A stretch of DNA of 64,000 nucleotides from Gammaproteobacteria bacterium. GTDB lineage: Bacteria; Pseudomonadota; Gammaproteobacteria; SZUA-229. The stretch's first letter is position 1. Each line of letters begins with the position of its first letter. The translations under genes and the position numbers were made by a program. The notes beneath the pieces are model-generated. The model saw only the letters and a program-made list of their open reading frames with translations, did not search any database and was not told the DNA's origin. Positions 46,959 through 57,345 of this stretch are shown here, piece after piece. The stretch is from assembly GCA_015488295.1 (NCBI GenBank), contig WFOC01000058.1:22507-86506 (forward strand). Reading direction: 5' to 3'.

Positions 46959-49757
46959 ATGACTATGCAAACTAAAAATAGTGTACAGGGCTGGTTCAAG
47001 GGCGCTGTTTTCATGCTGGCGGCAACATTGCTGACGGCCTGTGGCGGCCCCTCGGATAGTGAGCTGGTACTGGCGGCAAAAGATTACCTGGCTCAGGCCA
47101 GGGTTCGTGCCGCAACTATCGAGTTGAAAAATGCCCTGCAGGAAAATCCGCAGAATGCCGAGGCGCGTTATCTGCTGGGTGAGATCACCCTGAGTCTGGG
47201 TGATATTGCTTCTGCGGAAAAAGAGTTCAGGCGGGCTGCAGAAGCTGGCTGGCCCGACGGTCAGGCCAGGATCGGTATAGCCAGAGCCATGCTGGTGCGC
47301 AATGCATTGCAGGCATTGCTTGAAGAAACCGGTGTTGAAGACAGTTACCCGGCCAGCGTGCGTGCCAATTTATATGCGCTGCATGCGCTGGCACAGGCCG
47401 GCCTGAATAATCTGCCGCAGGCTGAGCAGCTGATGGATAAAGCGATGAAGCTGGATGCCGGTGCGTTATATGTTCTGAAGTCGAGCGTTTTGATTCGTTT
47501 TGCAACAGGTGACGAGGCAGCGGCAAATGAAAGCATGGCGCGGGCGTTGGAGGCATACGGTGACAAGCCGGAGATTATATTGTTAAGCGCACTGGTGGCA
47601 AGCGGCAAGAATGACCAGGCGGGAGCTATTGCAGCTTATCAAAAAGTGATCGCACTTGAGCCGCCGGGGCTGGTGACGATGTATGGCCGAAGAGCGCGTC
47701 TGGCTCTGGCCAGGCAAGAGTTGTTAAGCAACGACTTTGATCAGGCGGAAAAGACGCTGGCACCGTTGTTCAGGCATGCCAGTCAGGATCTGGAAGTAAA
47801 TTACCTGGGTGGCTTTCTTGCCTTTAAACAGGGGCAGCTGGATCTGGCCGAAAAACGCCTGCTGCTGGTGCTCAAAACGGTGCCGGACTATGTGCAGGCG
47901 CAGCTGTTACTGGGTTCTGTCAGTTATGCGCAGGGTAATTTTGAGCAGGCGGCATATTACATTGCCAGATATGTCAGCGCCGTGCCGGGCGATCTGCGTG
48001 CGCGCAAGTTGCTGGGGCTGGCGTATAACAAACTGGGCCAGCGTGAAAATGCGCAGGCCGTGCTTGAGCCAGCATTAAAAAATAATACAGATGATGCCGA
48101 ACTGCTGGCACTGGTTGGTTTGTTGCAGCTGCAGGCCGGTGATACGGCTTCTGGTATCAGGGGGCTGGAGCAGGCTGTTGCAGCGGCACCTGATGATCTG
48201 GTGCTGAAAAACAAACTGGCCCGGGCTTACATTTTCTCGGGAGAGACCGAGCATGCCGTCAAGGCATTAAATAGCGTGCTAGCCAAAGGTGGCGATAAAA
48301 AGCAGGGGCAGGCGCTATTGATCGCAGCGCATATGAAAGCCAGGCAGTTTGCTCGAGCTATCAATACTGTACGGGATATGCTGCGGGACTTCCCGGATGA
48401 CCCGGATGTTCTGACGCTGGCTGGTAATGTGTACCAGACCAGCAAAAACCGAATAGAAGCCCGCAAATACTTTAATCAGGCGCTGCAGATAAATCCGGGG
48501 CATTTGCCGGCGAATCTGTTTCTTGCCAGGCTGGAAGAGCTTGAAGGTCGCACCGACAAGGCTCGCTCGATGTATGAGGCGCTGGTACAGGCAAACAAAA
48601 AAGACATCAATGCACTGCTGGCGCTGGCCCGTCTGGCTGCCGCGCAAAACCGGCCGAAGGCGATGGTTGGCTGGTTACAGCAGGCGGCCGAACGAGCGCC
48701 ACGGGATTTCATCTCACGCAAGGCGCTGATCGAATACTATTTGCGTGAAAAGCAGCTGAGAGAGGCTGAGCTGGTGCTGAAAGAGGCGGCTGCCATTGCC
48801 CCGGAGGACAGGGCTGTGCTGGATTTTACCGCCCGCTTGCGTATTGCTGAAGGCCGATATAATGAAGCGCTGGCTCCGCTTAACAAGCTGGTTACCGGGT
48901 CGCCAGACTTGATATACGCACGCACTTTGCTGGCAGAAGTATATTTCAGGCTGGATCAGAGAGCAGATGTTCGTCGGCAACTGGAGATAGTGCTTGGAAA
49001 GCAGAGTGATTATGTTCCGGCGTTGGCGCTGATGGCGAACCTGGAATTACGTTCAGGCCATTTTGACAGAGCGCTGGAGTATGCGGTCAGAGTGCAGAAG
49101 GTTCAGCCGGAGCTGTATGCCGGTTATGAGCTGGCAGGCGATGCGCTGATGAACCAGAAAGATTATGCCGCAGCAATAATCAATTACGACCAAGCCTGGC
49201 AGCGCATGCAACTGGCCGGTCTGGCCATTAAGCGTTCGGAAGCGCTGGCGCGTGCCGGAAGGCTTTCAGAGGCCGCTGGGCCATTGCTCGCCTGGTTGGA
49301 ATATCACCCGGAAGAGCCTCGTGTGCTTCAGTCGCTGGCTGATGTTTTTCAGAGGCTGAAACAGAATGACAAGGCGGTGGAAGCCTATGAAAAACTGTTG
49401 AAAATACAGCCGGACAATGTCTTTGCGCTCAATAATCTTGCCTGGCTGTACTCCCTGCATAACAATCCTGAAGCACTTGAGCTGGCAAAAAAGGCATCTA
49501 AGCTGAAGCCCGAGGATAGCGGCATTCAGGATACCTATGGCTGGATTCTGGTGCAGCAGGGTCGGGCGGAAGAAGGGCGTTATATTCTGGAGCGTGCTAT
49601 CAAGGCCCTGCCGGATGTGGCGGAAGTTCAATATCACTATGCGGTCGCATTGCTGAAAACGGGTGAGGAAGCCAGAGCTCGGGAAATACTTGCGCGCTTA
49701 CTCAAGGACGGCAAACCTTTTGAGGGCCGTGCCGAGGCGCAAAAGCTTTTGAAATAA
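46959..49757 (+). CDS. prsT: PEP-CTERM system TPR-repeat lipoprotein PrsT
   Basis: Lipobox LLTAC, about 900 aa of back-to-back TPR repeats, and position directly after prsK-prsR. Confidence 0.8.
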   Translation: MTMQTKNSVQGWFKGAVFMLAATLLTACGGPSDSELVLAAKDYLAQARVRAATIELKNALQENPQNAEARYLLGEITLSLGDIASAEKEFRRAAEAGWPDGQARIGIARAMLVRNALQALLEETGVEDSYPASVRANLYALHALAQAGLNNLPQAEQLMDKAMKLDAGALYVLKSSVLIRFATGDEAAANESMARALEAYGDKPEIILLSALVASGKNDQAGAIAAYQKVIALEPPGLVTMYGRRARLALARQELLSNDFDQAEKTLAPLFRHASQDLEVNYLGGFLAFKQGQLDLAEKRLLLVLKTVPDYVQAQLLLGSVSYAQGNFEQAAYYIARYVSAVPGDLRARKLLGLAYNKLGQRENAQAVLEPALKNNTDDAELLALVGLLQLQAGDTASGIRGLEQAVAAAPDDLVLKNKLARAYIFSGETEHAVKALNSVLAKGGDKKQGQALLIAAHMKARQFARAINTVRDMLRDFPDDPDVLTLAGNVYQTSKNRIEARKYFNQALQINPGHLPANLFLARLEELEGRTDKARSMYEALVQANKKDINALLALARLAAAQNRPKAMVGWLQQAAERAPRDFISRKALIEYYLREKQLREAELVLKEAAAIAPEDRAVLDFTARLRIAEGRYNEALAPLNKLVTGSPDLIYARTLLAEVYFRLDQRADVRRQLEIVLGKQSDYVPALALMANLELRSGHFDRALEYAVRVQKVQPELYAGYELAGDALMNQKDYAAAIINYDQAWQRMQLAGLAIKRSEALARAGRLSEAAGPLLAWLEYHPEEPRVLQSLADVFQRLKQNDKAVEAYEKLLKIQPDNVFALNNLAWLYSLHNNPEALELAKKASKLKPEDSGIQDTYGWILVQQGRAEEGRYILERAIKALPDVAEVQYHYAVALLKTGEEARAREILARLLKDGKPFEGRAEAQKLLK

Positions 49758-49881
49758 AGCGCTGTTCCGTGCGGTAAAAGAAAAGGCGTGTCTCTCTGAA
49801 GCTGATTGCACTATTGCTTAATATTAATAAAATAGCCGAAGCACGGTTTTATCGGGACGGTATTGTTTGGTGTTAATGGTG

Positions 49882-49915
49882 ATTTATGTACTAATTTTAT
49901 GTATAAATTTATGTA
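49882..49915 (+). repeat. Three phased copies of (A/T)TTTATGTA in the promoter region of the chain-length-determinant operon
   Basis: atttatgta (49882-49890), ttttatgta (49895-49903), atttatgta (49907-49915). Spacing is 13 and 12 nt. They lie about 80-115 nt upstream of the ATG at 49997. Confidence 0.6.
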
Positions 49916-49996
49916 TAGACTATACTGTTGCTACGTTAAACCAGTGGCTGCTAATTTAAATTTTATGCTTTTCCCCTCCTGTAGTATTTAATAATA

Positions 49997-51562
49997 ATGA
50001 ATGAACTAATAACCCAGATATATGGATACTTATACGGAATGTGGCGTTATCGCTGGTCGGCTCTGGTGGTGGCGTGGATCGTTGCGTTGATCGGCTGGGC
50101 GGCGGTTTTTTCGATTCCGGATCAGTACAGTGCCAAAGCGGTTGTTTATGCAGATACCTCATCTATCATGAAGCCGCTCCTGAAAGGTTTGACTCCAGAA
50201 ACGGACGCTTATAATGAACTGGATATCATGAGCCGGGTATTACTGAGCCGGGATAATTTGTTATCGATTATTCGTGAAACGGATATGGATCTGATGGTGC
50301 ATACACCGCTGCAAAGAGAGAAAATGGTTCTTGCGCTGGCTGACTCGATAGTTGTCAAGAGTCGAAAAGGCCGGGGTAGAAGCAATATCTATGAAATCAG
50401 TTATACCGCATCTTCGGCGCAGCGTGTTTATGACGTGGTTTCAATTTTGCTGAATACCATGATAGAAGACACATTGAACTCTTCACGTACGGATACGGCC
50501 TCAGCACAAAAATTTATCGATGAGCAAATTGCTGGTTATGATCAGCGCTTATCGATTTCAGAGCAGAAGCTGGCAGAATTCAAGAAAGCCAATCTGGGTT
50601 ATATGCCCGATGAGAAAGGCAATTATTACACGCGTTTACAGGCCGCGCAGGATGCCGTGGAAGAAACCAGTGCATTGTTAAACCTGGCCAAGCAGCGCCT
50701 GTCTGAATTGAAGAAACAGTTAAGGGGCGAAAGCCCTCTGCTGGACAGTGCCTCCTATCGTTCGCCTTCGATCAGAAGGTTGCAGCTTTATGAGAGTCAG
50801 CTGGTTGAGCTGTTAAACCAGTATACTGACAAGTACCCTGATGTGGTGGCTTTAAAGGCCAAAATCGCAGAGCTGAAAGCGAACAAGGACAGCATGCAGC
50901 ACATTAACGAGAGTGATGATAAAACATCTGCTGAATACAATCCGGTATATCAGGAGATGAAAGTACAGCTGAGTAAAGCCGCTGTCGAAATCCAGATTCT
51001 GACTGCCCAGTTGACCGAGCAGAAAAGGCAGGTGAAAAAGCTTAGGGGTTCTATCGATATTATCCCGGAAGTTGAAGCGAAGCTTGTAAAGCTTAATCGT
51101 GATTATGAAATAACAAAAGAGCGTTATCGTGCCCTGGTTGAACGAAGAGAAGCGGCCAGCCTGGCGAAAAATGTCGGGCAGAGTACAAGTGATGTTACCT
51201 TCAGAGTGATTGAGCCGCCTATTGTGCCGGCACAACCTTCAGGCCCGATGAGATCGCTTTTCCTGGCAGCGGTTCTGGTGTTTGCGCTGGCCGTTGGGCT
51301 GGGCTGGAGTTACATGCGATACATGCTGCAACCAACATTCTTTGATTTGCACCAGTTGAGTGAAAAAACAGGGTTGCCGGCTCTGGGAGCAGTTAGTCTG
51401 TTTTTGACGAAGGAGCACAAGAGACGACGACAGCTTCAACTGGCTTCTTTTTTCCTGGTATCGTTCTCCCTGGTTTTTGCCTGCGCGGGATCATTGCTGT
51501 ATAAAAAAGAAGGCACGGAACTGGCTAAAACACTAATTGCGGATGTTAGAAAAAGCTTATGA
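49997..51562 (+). CDS. Polysaccharide chain-length determinant (PCP/Wzz-like, PEP-CTERM locus type)
   Basis: N-terminus MNELITQIYGYLYGMWRYRW plus a TM helix, a long coiled-coil periplasmic region, and C-terminal TM helices. Confidence 0.8.
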   Translation: MNELITQIYGYLYGMWRYRWSALVVAWIVALIGWAAVFSIPDQYSAKAVVYADTSSIMKPLLKGLTPETDAYNELDIMSRVLLSRDNLLSIIRETDMDLMVHTPLQREKMVLALADSIVVKSRKGRGRSNIYEISYTASSAQRVYDVVSILLNTMIEDTLNSSRTDTASAQKFIDEQIAGYDQRLSISEQKLAEFKKANLGYMPDEKGNYYTRLQAAQDAVEETSALLNLAKQRLSELKKQLRGESPLLDSASYRSPSIRRLQLYESQLVELLNQYTDKYPDVVALKAKIAELKANKDSMQHINESDDKTSAEYNPVYQEMKVQLSKAAVEIQILTAQLTEQKRQVKKLRGSIDIIPEVEAKLVKLNRDYEITKERYRALVERREAASLAKNVGQSTSDVTFRVIEPPIVPAQPSGPMRSLFLAAVLVFALAVGLGWSYMRYMLQPTFFDLHQLSEKTGLPALGAVSLFLTKEHKRRRQLQLASFFLVSFSLVFACAGSLLYKKEGTELAKTLIADVRKSL

Positions 51563-52431
51563 GTTTGAATGAGAAGGAGTGTAAGCAGGCAACCATTACA
51601 GAACTGGTTTCTACAGAGACTGGCAATGCGAATGCGTCGGATCGATTCTTTAAAAAAGGGAAAAGCCATGGTGATGGTCAGGGTGGCAGTGTTAACACGC
51701 GCTCGGTTCCTCTTCTGGAGCGACTGCGGGCGGCCAATATGCTGGTGCCCGGTAGCCAGCTAGATGTCAATATTGTTGATGAATATCGTCGGATAAAGCG
51801 GCCGCTAATATCTAATGCTTTTGGTAAAACTGCCAAGCTTGTTGATAAAGGCAATCTTATCCTGCTTACAAGTTCGCTTCCCGGTGAAGGTAAATCCTAT
51901 ACCTCGGTGAACCTGGCATTATCGATAGCGCAGGAACGTGACCACACGGTGTTGCTGGTTGACTGTGATGTGGCGAGGCACGGCAGCAGCCGTCTGCTGG
52001 GTATCGCGGATAAACCCGGGCTGGTGGAATTGCTGGAATCAGATGATCTGGATATCGGTGATGTTATCCTGCGAACCGATATTCCCAAATTATGTTTGAT
52101 TTCTGCCGGCAAGCAGCATGAATATGTGACGGAGCTGCTGGCCAGTCACCGTATGGTCGAGCTGGTTCATGAGCTGGGTACGCGTTATCCGGATCGAGTA
52201 ATTATTTTTGATGCCCCGCCAATTTTGCCAACACCACAGACACAGGTTCTGGTTGGTCTGGTGGGTCAGGTCGTGTTCGTCATTGAAGCAGGAAAAACCC
52301 CCCAGGCTGTTGTAGAAGAAGCACTGAGCTTGATACCGGACGAGCAGGCCACGGGATTAATATTAAATAAAAATGAGAGAGTGTCTGCACGTTCTGGATA
52401 TTATGGCTATTACGGTTCACATAAGGAATAA
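51559..52431 (+). CDS. Exopolysaccharide tyrosine autokinase-like P-loop ATPase (EpsG-like)
   Basis: ATGA overlap with the PCP gene. Walker A SSLPGEGKSYTSVNLA, VLLVDCD, IIFDAPP. Tyr-rich tail SGYYGYYGS. Confidence 0.8.
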   Translation: MSLNEKECKQATITELVSTETGNANASDRFFKKGKSHGDGQGGSVNTRSVPLLERLRAANMLVPGSQLDVNIVDEYRRIKRPLISNAFGKTAKLVDKGNLILLTSSLPGEGKSYTSVNLALSIAQERDHTVLLVDCDVARHGSSRLLGIADKPGLVELLESDDLDIGDVILRTDIPKLCLISAGKQHEYVTELLASHRMVELVHELGTRYPDRVIIFDAPPILPTPQTQVLVGLVGQVVFVIEAGKTPQAVVEEALSLIPDEQATGLILNKNERVSARSGYYGYYGSHKE

Positions 52432-52469
52432 GCGGCGGGGTTCGGGAAACCCTTCAGGGCAATGCAGAG

Positions 52470-53333
52470 ATGGCAATTAAGAATGCATTAACGGTTGATG
52501 TAGAAGATTATTTTCATGTATCCGCGTTTGCGAAAAGTATCAGCCGCCACGATTGGGACAAGCACCCGTTACGTGTAGAAAAAAATACCCATCGGTTGAT
52601 GGATATGTTTGATGAGGCCCGGGTCAAGGCAACATTTTTTGTACTGGGCTGGGTGGCGGACAGAAACCGGAATCTGGTTGCTGAAATAGCCGCTCGTGGT
52701 CATGAAGTTGCCAGTCATGGCTACAGTCATCAGTTAATCTATAACCAGACACCGGACGTTTTTCGTGAAGAAACCCTCCGTTCAAAGTTCCTGCTGGAAG
52801 ACATCGTACAGGCACCGGTAAGAGGTTACCGTGCAGCCAGTTATTCGATAACCAGCAAGTCTTTGTGGGCGCTGGATATTCTGGCAGAAGCAGGTTTTGA
52901 TTATGACTCCAGTATCTTTCCGGTGCGTCATGATCGTTATGGTATCCCCGATGCAGAAGAAAAACCGCATACCCTGAAAACACCGCTAGGTCACTCTCTG
53001 GTTGAATTTCCGCTGTCCACAGCGAAAGTGTTCAACTACAAACTGCCTGTTGCCGGCGGTGGTTATTTTCGTCTGTATCCTTATTTATTAACCCGGGCGG
53101 GTTTGCGGCAGGTGAATGCCCGCGAGCAGCCGTTTATTTTTTATCTGCACCCCTGGGAGATCGATCCGGATCAGCCAAAAGTTGAAGCGGGCTGGTTTTC
53201 ACGTTTTCGACATTATAACAATCTGGAAAAATGTGAATCGCGTTTGCAGCGTTTGATGCAGGATTTTCAGTTTGGCACGGCCTGGCAAGTGCTGCAGGAT
53301 GCCGGCCTGATGGATAAGGATACAAATATGTAA
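52470..53333 (+). CDS. Polysaccharide deacetylase (CE4), PEP-CTERM locus type
   Basis: LTVDVEDYFHVSAF N-terminus, FFVLGW, and HEVASHGYSH metal-binding motifs. Confidence 0.85.
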   Translation: MAIKNALTVDVEDYFHVSAFAKSISRHDWDKHPLRVEKNTHRLMDMFDEARVKATFFVLGWVADRNRNLVAEIAARGHEVASHGYSHQLIYNQTPDVFREETLRSKFLLEDIVQAPVRGYRAASYSITSKSLWALDILAEAGFDYDSSIFPVRHDRYGIPDAEEKPHTLKTPLGHSLVEFPLSTAKVFNYKLPVAGGGYFRLYPYLLTRAGLRQVNAREQPFIFYLHPWEIDPDQPKVEAGWFSRFRHYNNLEKCESRLQRLMQDFQFGTAWQVLQDAGLMDKDTNM

Positions 53334-53484
53334 TTGCGGGCCGGATGCATCCACCGCCAGGCGATTGTTTCAAATCTTGCATAAACCACCACCTGATTTA
53401 CAAAGGTGAACTGACTGCTATTATTCTAGAGTCAGTTAAGGATTGTTATGCCGTGGTGACAGAAGATTATTAAGGTTTCATTAG

Positions 53485-54063
53485 ATGAACTCAAAAATAA
53501 AAAAAACGGTTTCGAATATATTTGTAGTGATGCTATCGCCACTGTACTTTCTGTATTTTGTGACGGGAGCCTTTTCAAAAAAAAATTCCATAGCGGGTTA
53601 CTCACAATTATTAAGCCTTGTTCCCGGCAAGTTTGGCAGTTATTGCCGGATTGCTTTTTATCGTGTAACCATGAAGTTTTGTCACTTTGATTGCGTCATT
53701 GGTTTTGCCACAATCTTTTCACAGCGTGATACTGAAATTGGCAAAGGTGTCTACATCGGCCCGCAATGCAACATCGGCATGTGCAAAATTGGAGATGACA
53801 GCCTGATTGCCAGCGGCGTACATATTATGAGTGGCAGCGGGCAGCATAATTTTTCAGACCTTGAGAAACCTATACAACAGCAGGGTGGTGTTTATACCAG
53901 AATTGAGATCGGAGAGGATAGCTGGATTGGCAATGGCGCACTGATTATGGCAAACGTCGGGAAAAAATGCATTATTGGTGCCGGTTCGGTCGTTACCAAA
54001 GATGTTGCTGATTACTCGGTCATGGTGGGCAATCCTGCAAAGCTGATCCAGACAAGACAATAA
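53485..54063 (+). CDS. Left-handed beta-helix O-acetyltransferase (WcaF-like)
   Basis: Hexapeptide repeats (IGKGVYIGPQCNIG, IGEDSWIGNGALIMANVG, IGAGSVV) after a hydrophobic N-terminus. Confidence 0.75.
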   Translation: MNSKIKKTVSNIFVVMLSPLYFLYFVTGAFSKKNSIAGYSQLLSLVPGKFGSYCRIAFYRVTMKFCHFDCVIGFATIFSQRDTEIGKGVYIGPQCNIGMCKIGDDSLIASGVHIMSGSGQHNFSDLEKPIQQQGGVYTRIEIGEDSWIGNGALIMANVGKKCIIGAGSVVTKDVADYSVMVGNPAKLIQTRQ

Positions 54064-54116
54064 ATGTTTTTATTTCTCTTCTCTGTAAGTTATTAAATTG
54101 CGCCAGTTAATATTTA

Positions 54117-55043
54117 ATGAATAATAAAAAAATTGCGTCAGTCATTATTCCTGCCTTTAATGAAGAGCAGCATATTGCAAATACCTTGCAGGCATTAATG
54201 CTGAACGGTAATGAGCTGGAAGTTATCGTGGTCGATAACGGTTCAACCGACCAGACAGCTGCCATTGCAAATAGATCTGGCGCAGAGGTGATAGATTTTC
54301 CCGAAGGCACAATTGCTGCTGTCAGAAACCGTGGAGTGAAAGCAGCAAGTGGTGATGTGCTGGTGTTTATTGATGCCGATATCCGGGTTGCACACGACTG
54401 GCATGAAAAATTGCGGGCGGTTATAAAAAAGCTTCGGGCGGCACCCATGATGGTGACCGGCTCGCGGGTGCAGTCCACAGAAAAAGATAACTGGCTGCAC
54501 CGTTACTGGTTTTCCGAACTGACCAGTTACAGCGCGCCTTATATAAATTCCGGTCACCTTATTACCACGCGACAATTGTTTGATCAGGTGCAGGGTTTTA
54601 GTGAAGCACTGGAAACGGCTGAAGATTATGACTTTTGCCAGAAGGCGGCTGATGCCGGCGCGGTTATTTACAATGATCCGGCGTTGGTGGTAATGCATGA
54701 TGGCTATCCGGAAACCCTGGCCGGTTTTGTGCGGCGCGAGCGCTGGCACGGCGGTCAGGATGTGGCAAGCTGGCAACAGTTTATTGATTCAAAAATTGCC
54801 TGGTTTGCCGCGCTGAATTTAATTTTGTTTATACTGGCGCTGGCCGCTACGCTGGCCGGCCAGTATCTGGCTGTGCCGGTTTATTTTTTCGTTATGTATG
54901 GTATTTCATTCATGCTGACGCTTTATAAGTTTGGTTTCAAAAAAATAAACTACATGCTGGTGATGCCCGTTATTTTTTATTTTTATCTTTGTGGCAGATC
55001 GCTGGCACTGATTGATCGCCTGACAGGAAGAGCGAAGTCATGA
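54117..55043 (+). CDS. Family 2 glycosyltransferase with C-terminal TM helices
   Basis: VIIPAFNEE, VVDNGSTD, FIDADI (DxD). Confidence 0.8.
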   Translation: MNNKKIASVIIPAFNEEQHIANTLQALMLNGNELEVIVVDNGSTDQTAAIANRSGAEVIDFPEGTIAAVRNRGVKAASGDVLVFIDADIRVAHDWHEKLRAVIKKLRAAPMMVTGSRVQSTEKDNWLHRYWFSELTSYSAPYINSGHLITTRQLFDQVQGFSEALETAEDYDFCQKAADAGAVIYNDPALVVMHDGYPETLAGFVRRERWHGGQDVASWQQFIDSKIAWFAALNLILFILALAATLAGQYLAVPVYFFVMYGISFMLTLYKFGFKKINYMLVMPVIFYFYLCGRSLALIDRLTGRAKS

Positions 55044-56083
55044 CGACTCAGCTTTCCATCGCTGAAGAAAAGCATCTCGCCAGTGTGAATGAATATCTGG
55101 CTGCGTCCTCGCAGGCCACGCCTTACCATCACATGCAATGGTTGCAGGCAATAAAAAAAGCCTACGGTTTTGATTTTGAATATCTGATTGCAGAAAAGGG
55201 TGCACAGATTGAAGGCGTGCTTCCGCTCTGTCGCTTTCGAAGCATTACCGGCAAGCGCTCGCTTTGTGCGCTGCCATTTTGTGATGTTGGTGGTGTTGTT
55301 GCAAACAGCGAGGTGGTCAGGGAGAAGTTGATCACGTTTGCGCTGGAGCGTGGCGAGCAGTTACAGGCCATGCCTTTGCAGTTGCGGCATCGAGCGCCTG
55401 AGTTTTCCACTGATGTCGACATGGCTGACCGTAAAGTAAGCATGTTACTTGAATTGCCGGAAACGGCCGATGCGCTACTGGCCGGCTTTAAGTCCAAGCT
55501 GCGCAGTCAGATAAAAAAAGCCGAGAAAAACGGCCTGGTTTTTGATTTTGCTAATGATGAAAAAAGCATAGAAGATTTTTTTTATGTGTTTTGTCGCAAC
55601 ATGCATCTGCTTGGCTCGCCGACGCATTCCATCAAATGGTTTCATGCTTTAAGAGAGAGCTACCAGCAAAATATGCTGGTAGGCCGGGTCTGGTTTGAAG
55701 GCAAAATAGTAGGTGCTGGCATTTTATTATTCAGTGGCAGCAATGTTTCAATTCCCTGGGCTTCAACACTGCGTGACTATAACCGGCTGGCTCCCAATAT
55801 GTTGCTTTACTGGAATTTGTTACGGGTTTCATGTGAGCGAGGTTGTGAACAGTTTGATTTTGGCCGCTCAACGTTTGGCGAAGGAACGTATAAGTTTAAA
55901 AAACAGTGGGGTGCAAAACCCGTGCTTCTAGACTGGCAGACACTGGACAGGCAGGGAGTTGTGGCCGAGGCGGCGGGCAGCAAAGGTCGGGGCAGAGAGC
56001 TGGTTGAGAAGGTCTGGCGAAAACTACCGCTGCCGGTAGTAAACAGCATCGGCCCGAGATTACGCAGGCATATTTCATTATGA
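55040..56083 (+). CDS. FemAB-like/GNAT-fold acyltransferase, PEP-CTERM locus type
   Basis: ATGA overlap on both sides. Blocks YHHMQWLQAI, NMLLYWNLL, FDFGRST..GTYKFKKQWGA are typical of the FemAB-like family found in these loci. Confidence 0.7.
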   Translation: MTTQLSIAEEKHLASVNEYLAASSQATPYHHMQWLQAIKKAYGFDFEYLIAEKGAQIEGVLPLCRFRSITGKRSLCALPFCDVGGVVANSEVVREKLITFALERGEQLQAMPLQLRHRAPEFSTDVDMADRKVSMLLELPETADALLAGFKSKLRSQIKKAEKNGLVFDFANDEKSIEDFFYVFCRNMHLLGSPTHSIKWFHALRESYQQNMLVGRVWFEGKIVGAGILLFSGSNVSIPWASTLRDYNRLAPNMLLYWNLLRVSCERGCEQFDFGRSTFGEGTYKFKKQWGAKPVLLDWQTLDRQGVVAEAAGSKGRGRELVEKVWRKLPLPVVNSIGPRLRRHISL

Positions 56084-57342
56084 CCACCTTGCTGATCATC
56101 ATTACGCTGTTTGCGTTGTTCATTCCGGTCTACGTGTATATCGGTTATCCGTTGCTGCTTATCGTGCTGGACAAACTGGTAAAGGGAAAGCCACTCGCGG
56201 TCGCGGATATTACGCCGTCAGTGACCCTGGTGGTTTCCTGTTATAACGAAGCAGACGTTATCGAGCAGAAAATAAAAAACTGTCTGGCACTGGATTACCC
56301 CGGGCAGCAACTGGAGATTATTTTTGTTTCGGATGGTTCGGACGATGGCACTGATGACATAATAAAAAAATACTGTAACGAACGTATAAAGCTGATTCGC
56401 CAGGAAGGCCGTCTTGGCAAGACCATGGGGTTGAACCTTGCACTGGCTGAAGCGAACGGGGAGATTGTCGTGTTCTCCGATGCCAATGCCATGTATAAAG
56501 AAAACGCTTTGCGCATGCTGGTACGAAACTTCAATGACCCGGCGGTAGGTTATGTGGTGGGTGCAGCGATCTATCAGGATGAAGAAACCAGCAGTGCGGG
56601 TGCCAGTGAAAACGCTTACTGGCAGTATGAAATTTTTATTAAAAAAATCGAGAGCAAGTTGCACTCGGTTGTTGGTGGCGACGGTGCGATTTATGCTATC
56701 AGAAAATCACTGTACCTGCCGCTGGACCAGGAAGACATCAATGATTTTGTTAACCCGCTGCAGATTATTGCCCAGGGCTATCGCGGTATTTTCGATGCTG
56801 AGGCGATTTGTTATGAACAGACCGCTGGTGATTTTGACAGGGAAGGGAAGCGTAAGCAGCGAATTGTCAATCGCAGCTTTACCGGTTTGATGAAAAACCG
56901 GGTTGTGTTGAACCCGTTCCGGTTTGGCTTTTATGCACTTGAAGTGTTGTCGCACAAACTGCTGCGCTGGCTGATACCGTTTTTTATTCTGCTTGCGGCG
57001 GCAGGAATAATCATACTGGCGCAGATGAAGCTGGAAGTTTTTCAGTGGTTGTTGTTGCTTGGTATTTTATTTAGCTGGAGCATTGTTATTGGCAGGTTTT
57101 TAAAGGACTGGTCGGCATGCCCTTCAATTTTACTTGTGCCCTATTATTTTTATCTGGTGAATTTTAATTCGCTGAAAGGTGTGTTGCAGTCATTGCGCGG
57201 CAATGTGCAGATTACCTGGAGTACGCCGCGAGATCAGCAAGCAGCCATGCGAGCTGTCAGTATAAAAACCATGCTGGCTTTTCTTGCTTTTATTTTATTG
57301 TCGGCCTGGCTTTTTTTCGACACACTGCAAGCACTTTTATAA
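56080..57342 (+). CDS. Membrane-embedded family 2 glycosyltransferase with synthase-like topology
   Basis: N-terminal TM helix, VVSCYNEA, VSDGSDDGT, FSDANA, GGDGAIYAIRK, EDINDF, then about four C-terminal TM helices. Confidence 0.8.
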   Translation: MTTLLIIITLFALFIPVYVYIGYPLLLIVLDKLVKGKPLAVADITPSVTLVVSCYNEADVIEQKIKNCLALDYPGQQLEIIFVSDGSDDGTDDIIKKYCNERIKLIRQEGRLGKTMGLNLALAEANGEIVVFSDANAMYKENALRMLVRNFNDPAVGYVVGAAIYQDEETSSAGASENAYWQYEIFIKKIESKLHSVVGGDGAIYAIRKSLYLPLDQEDINDFVNPLQIIAQGYRGIFDAEAICYEQTAGDFDREGKRKQRIVNRSFTGLMKNRVVLNPFRFGFYALEVLSHKLLRWLIPFFILLAAAGIIILAQMKLEVFQWLLLLGILFSWSIVIGRFLKDWSACPSILLVPYYFYLVNFNSLKGVLQSLRGNVQITWSTPRDQQAAMRAVSIKTMLAFLAFILLSAWLFFDTLQALL

Positions 57343-57345
57343 AAG

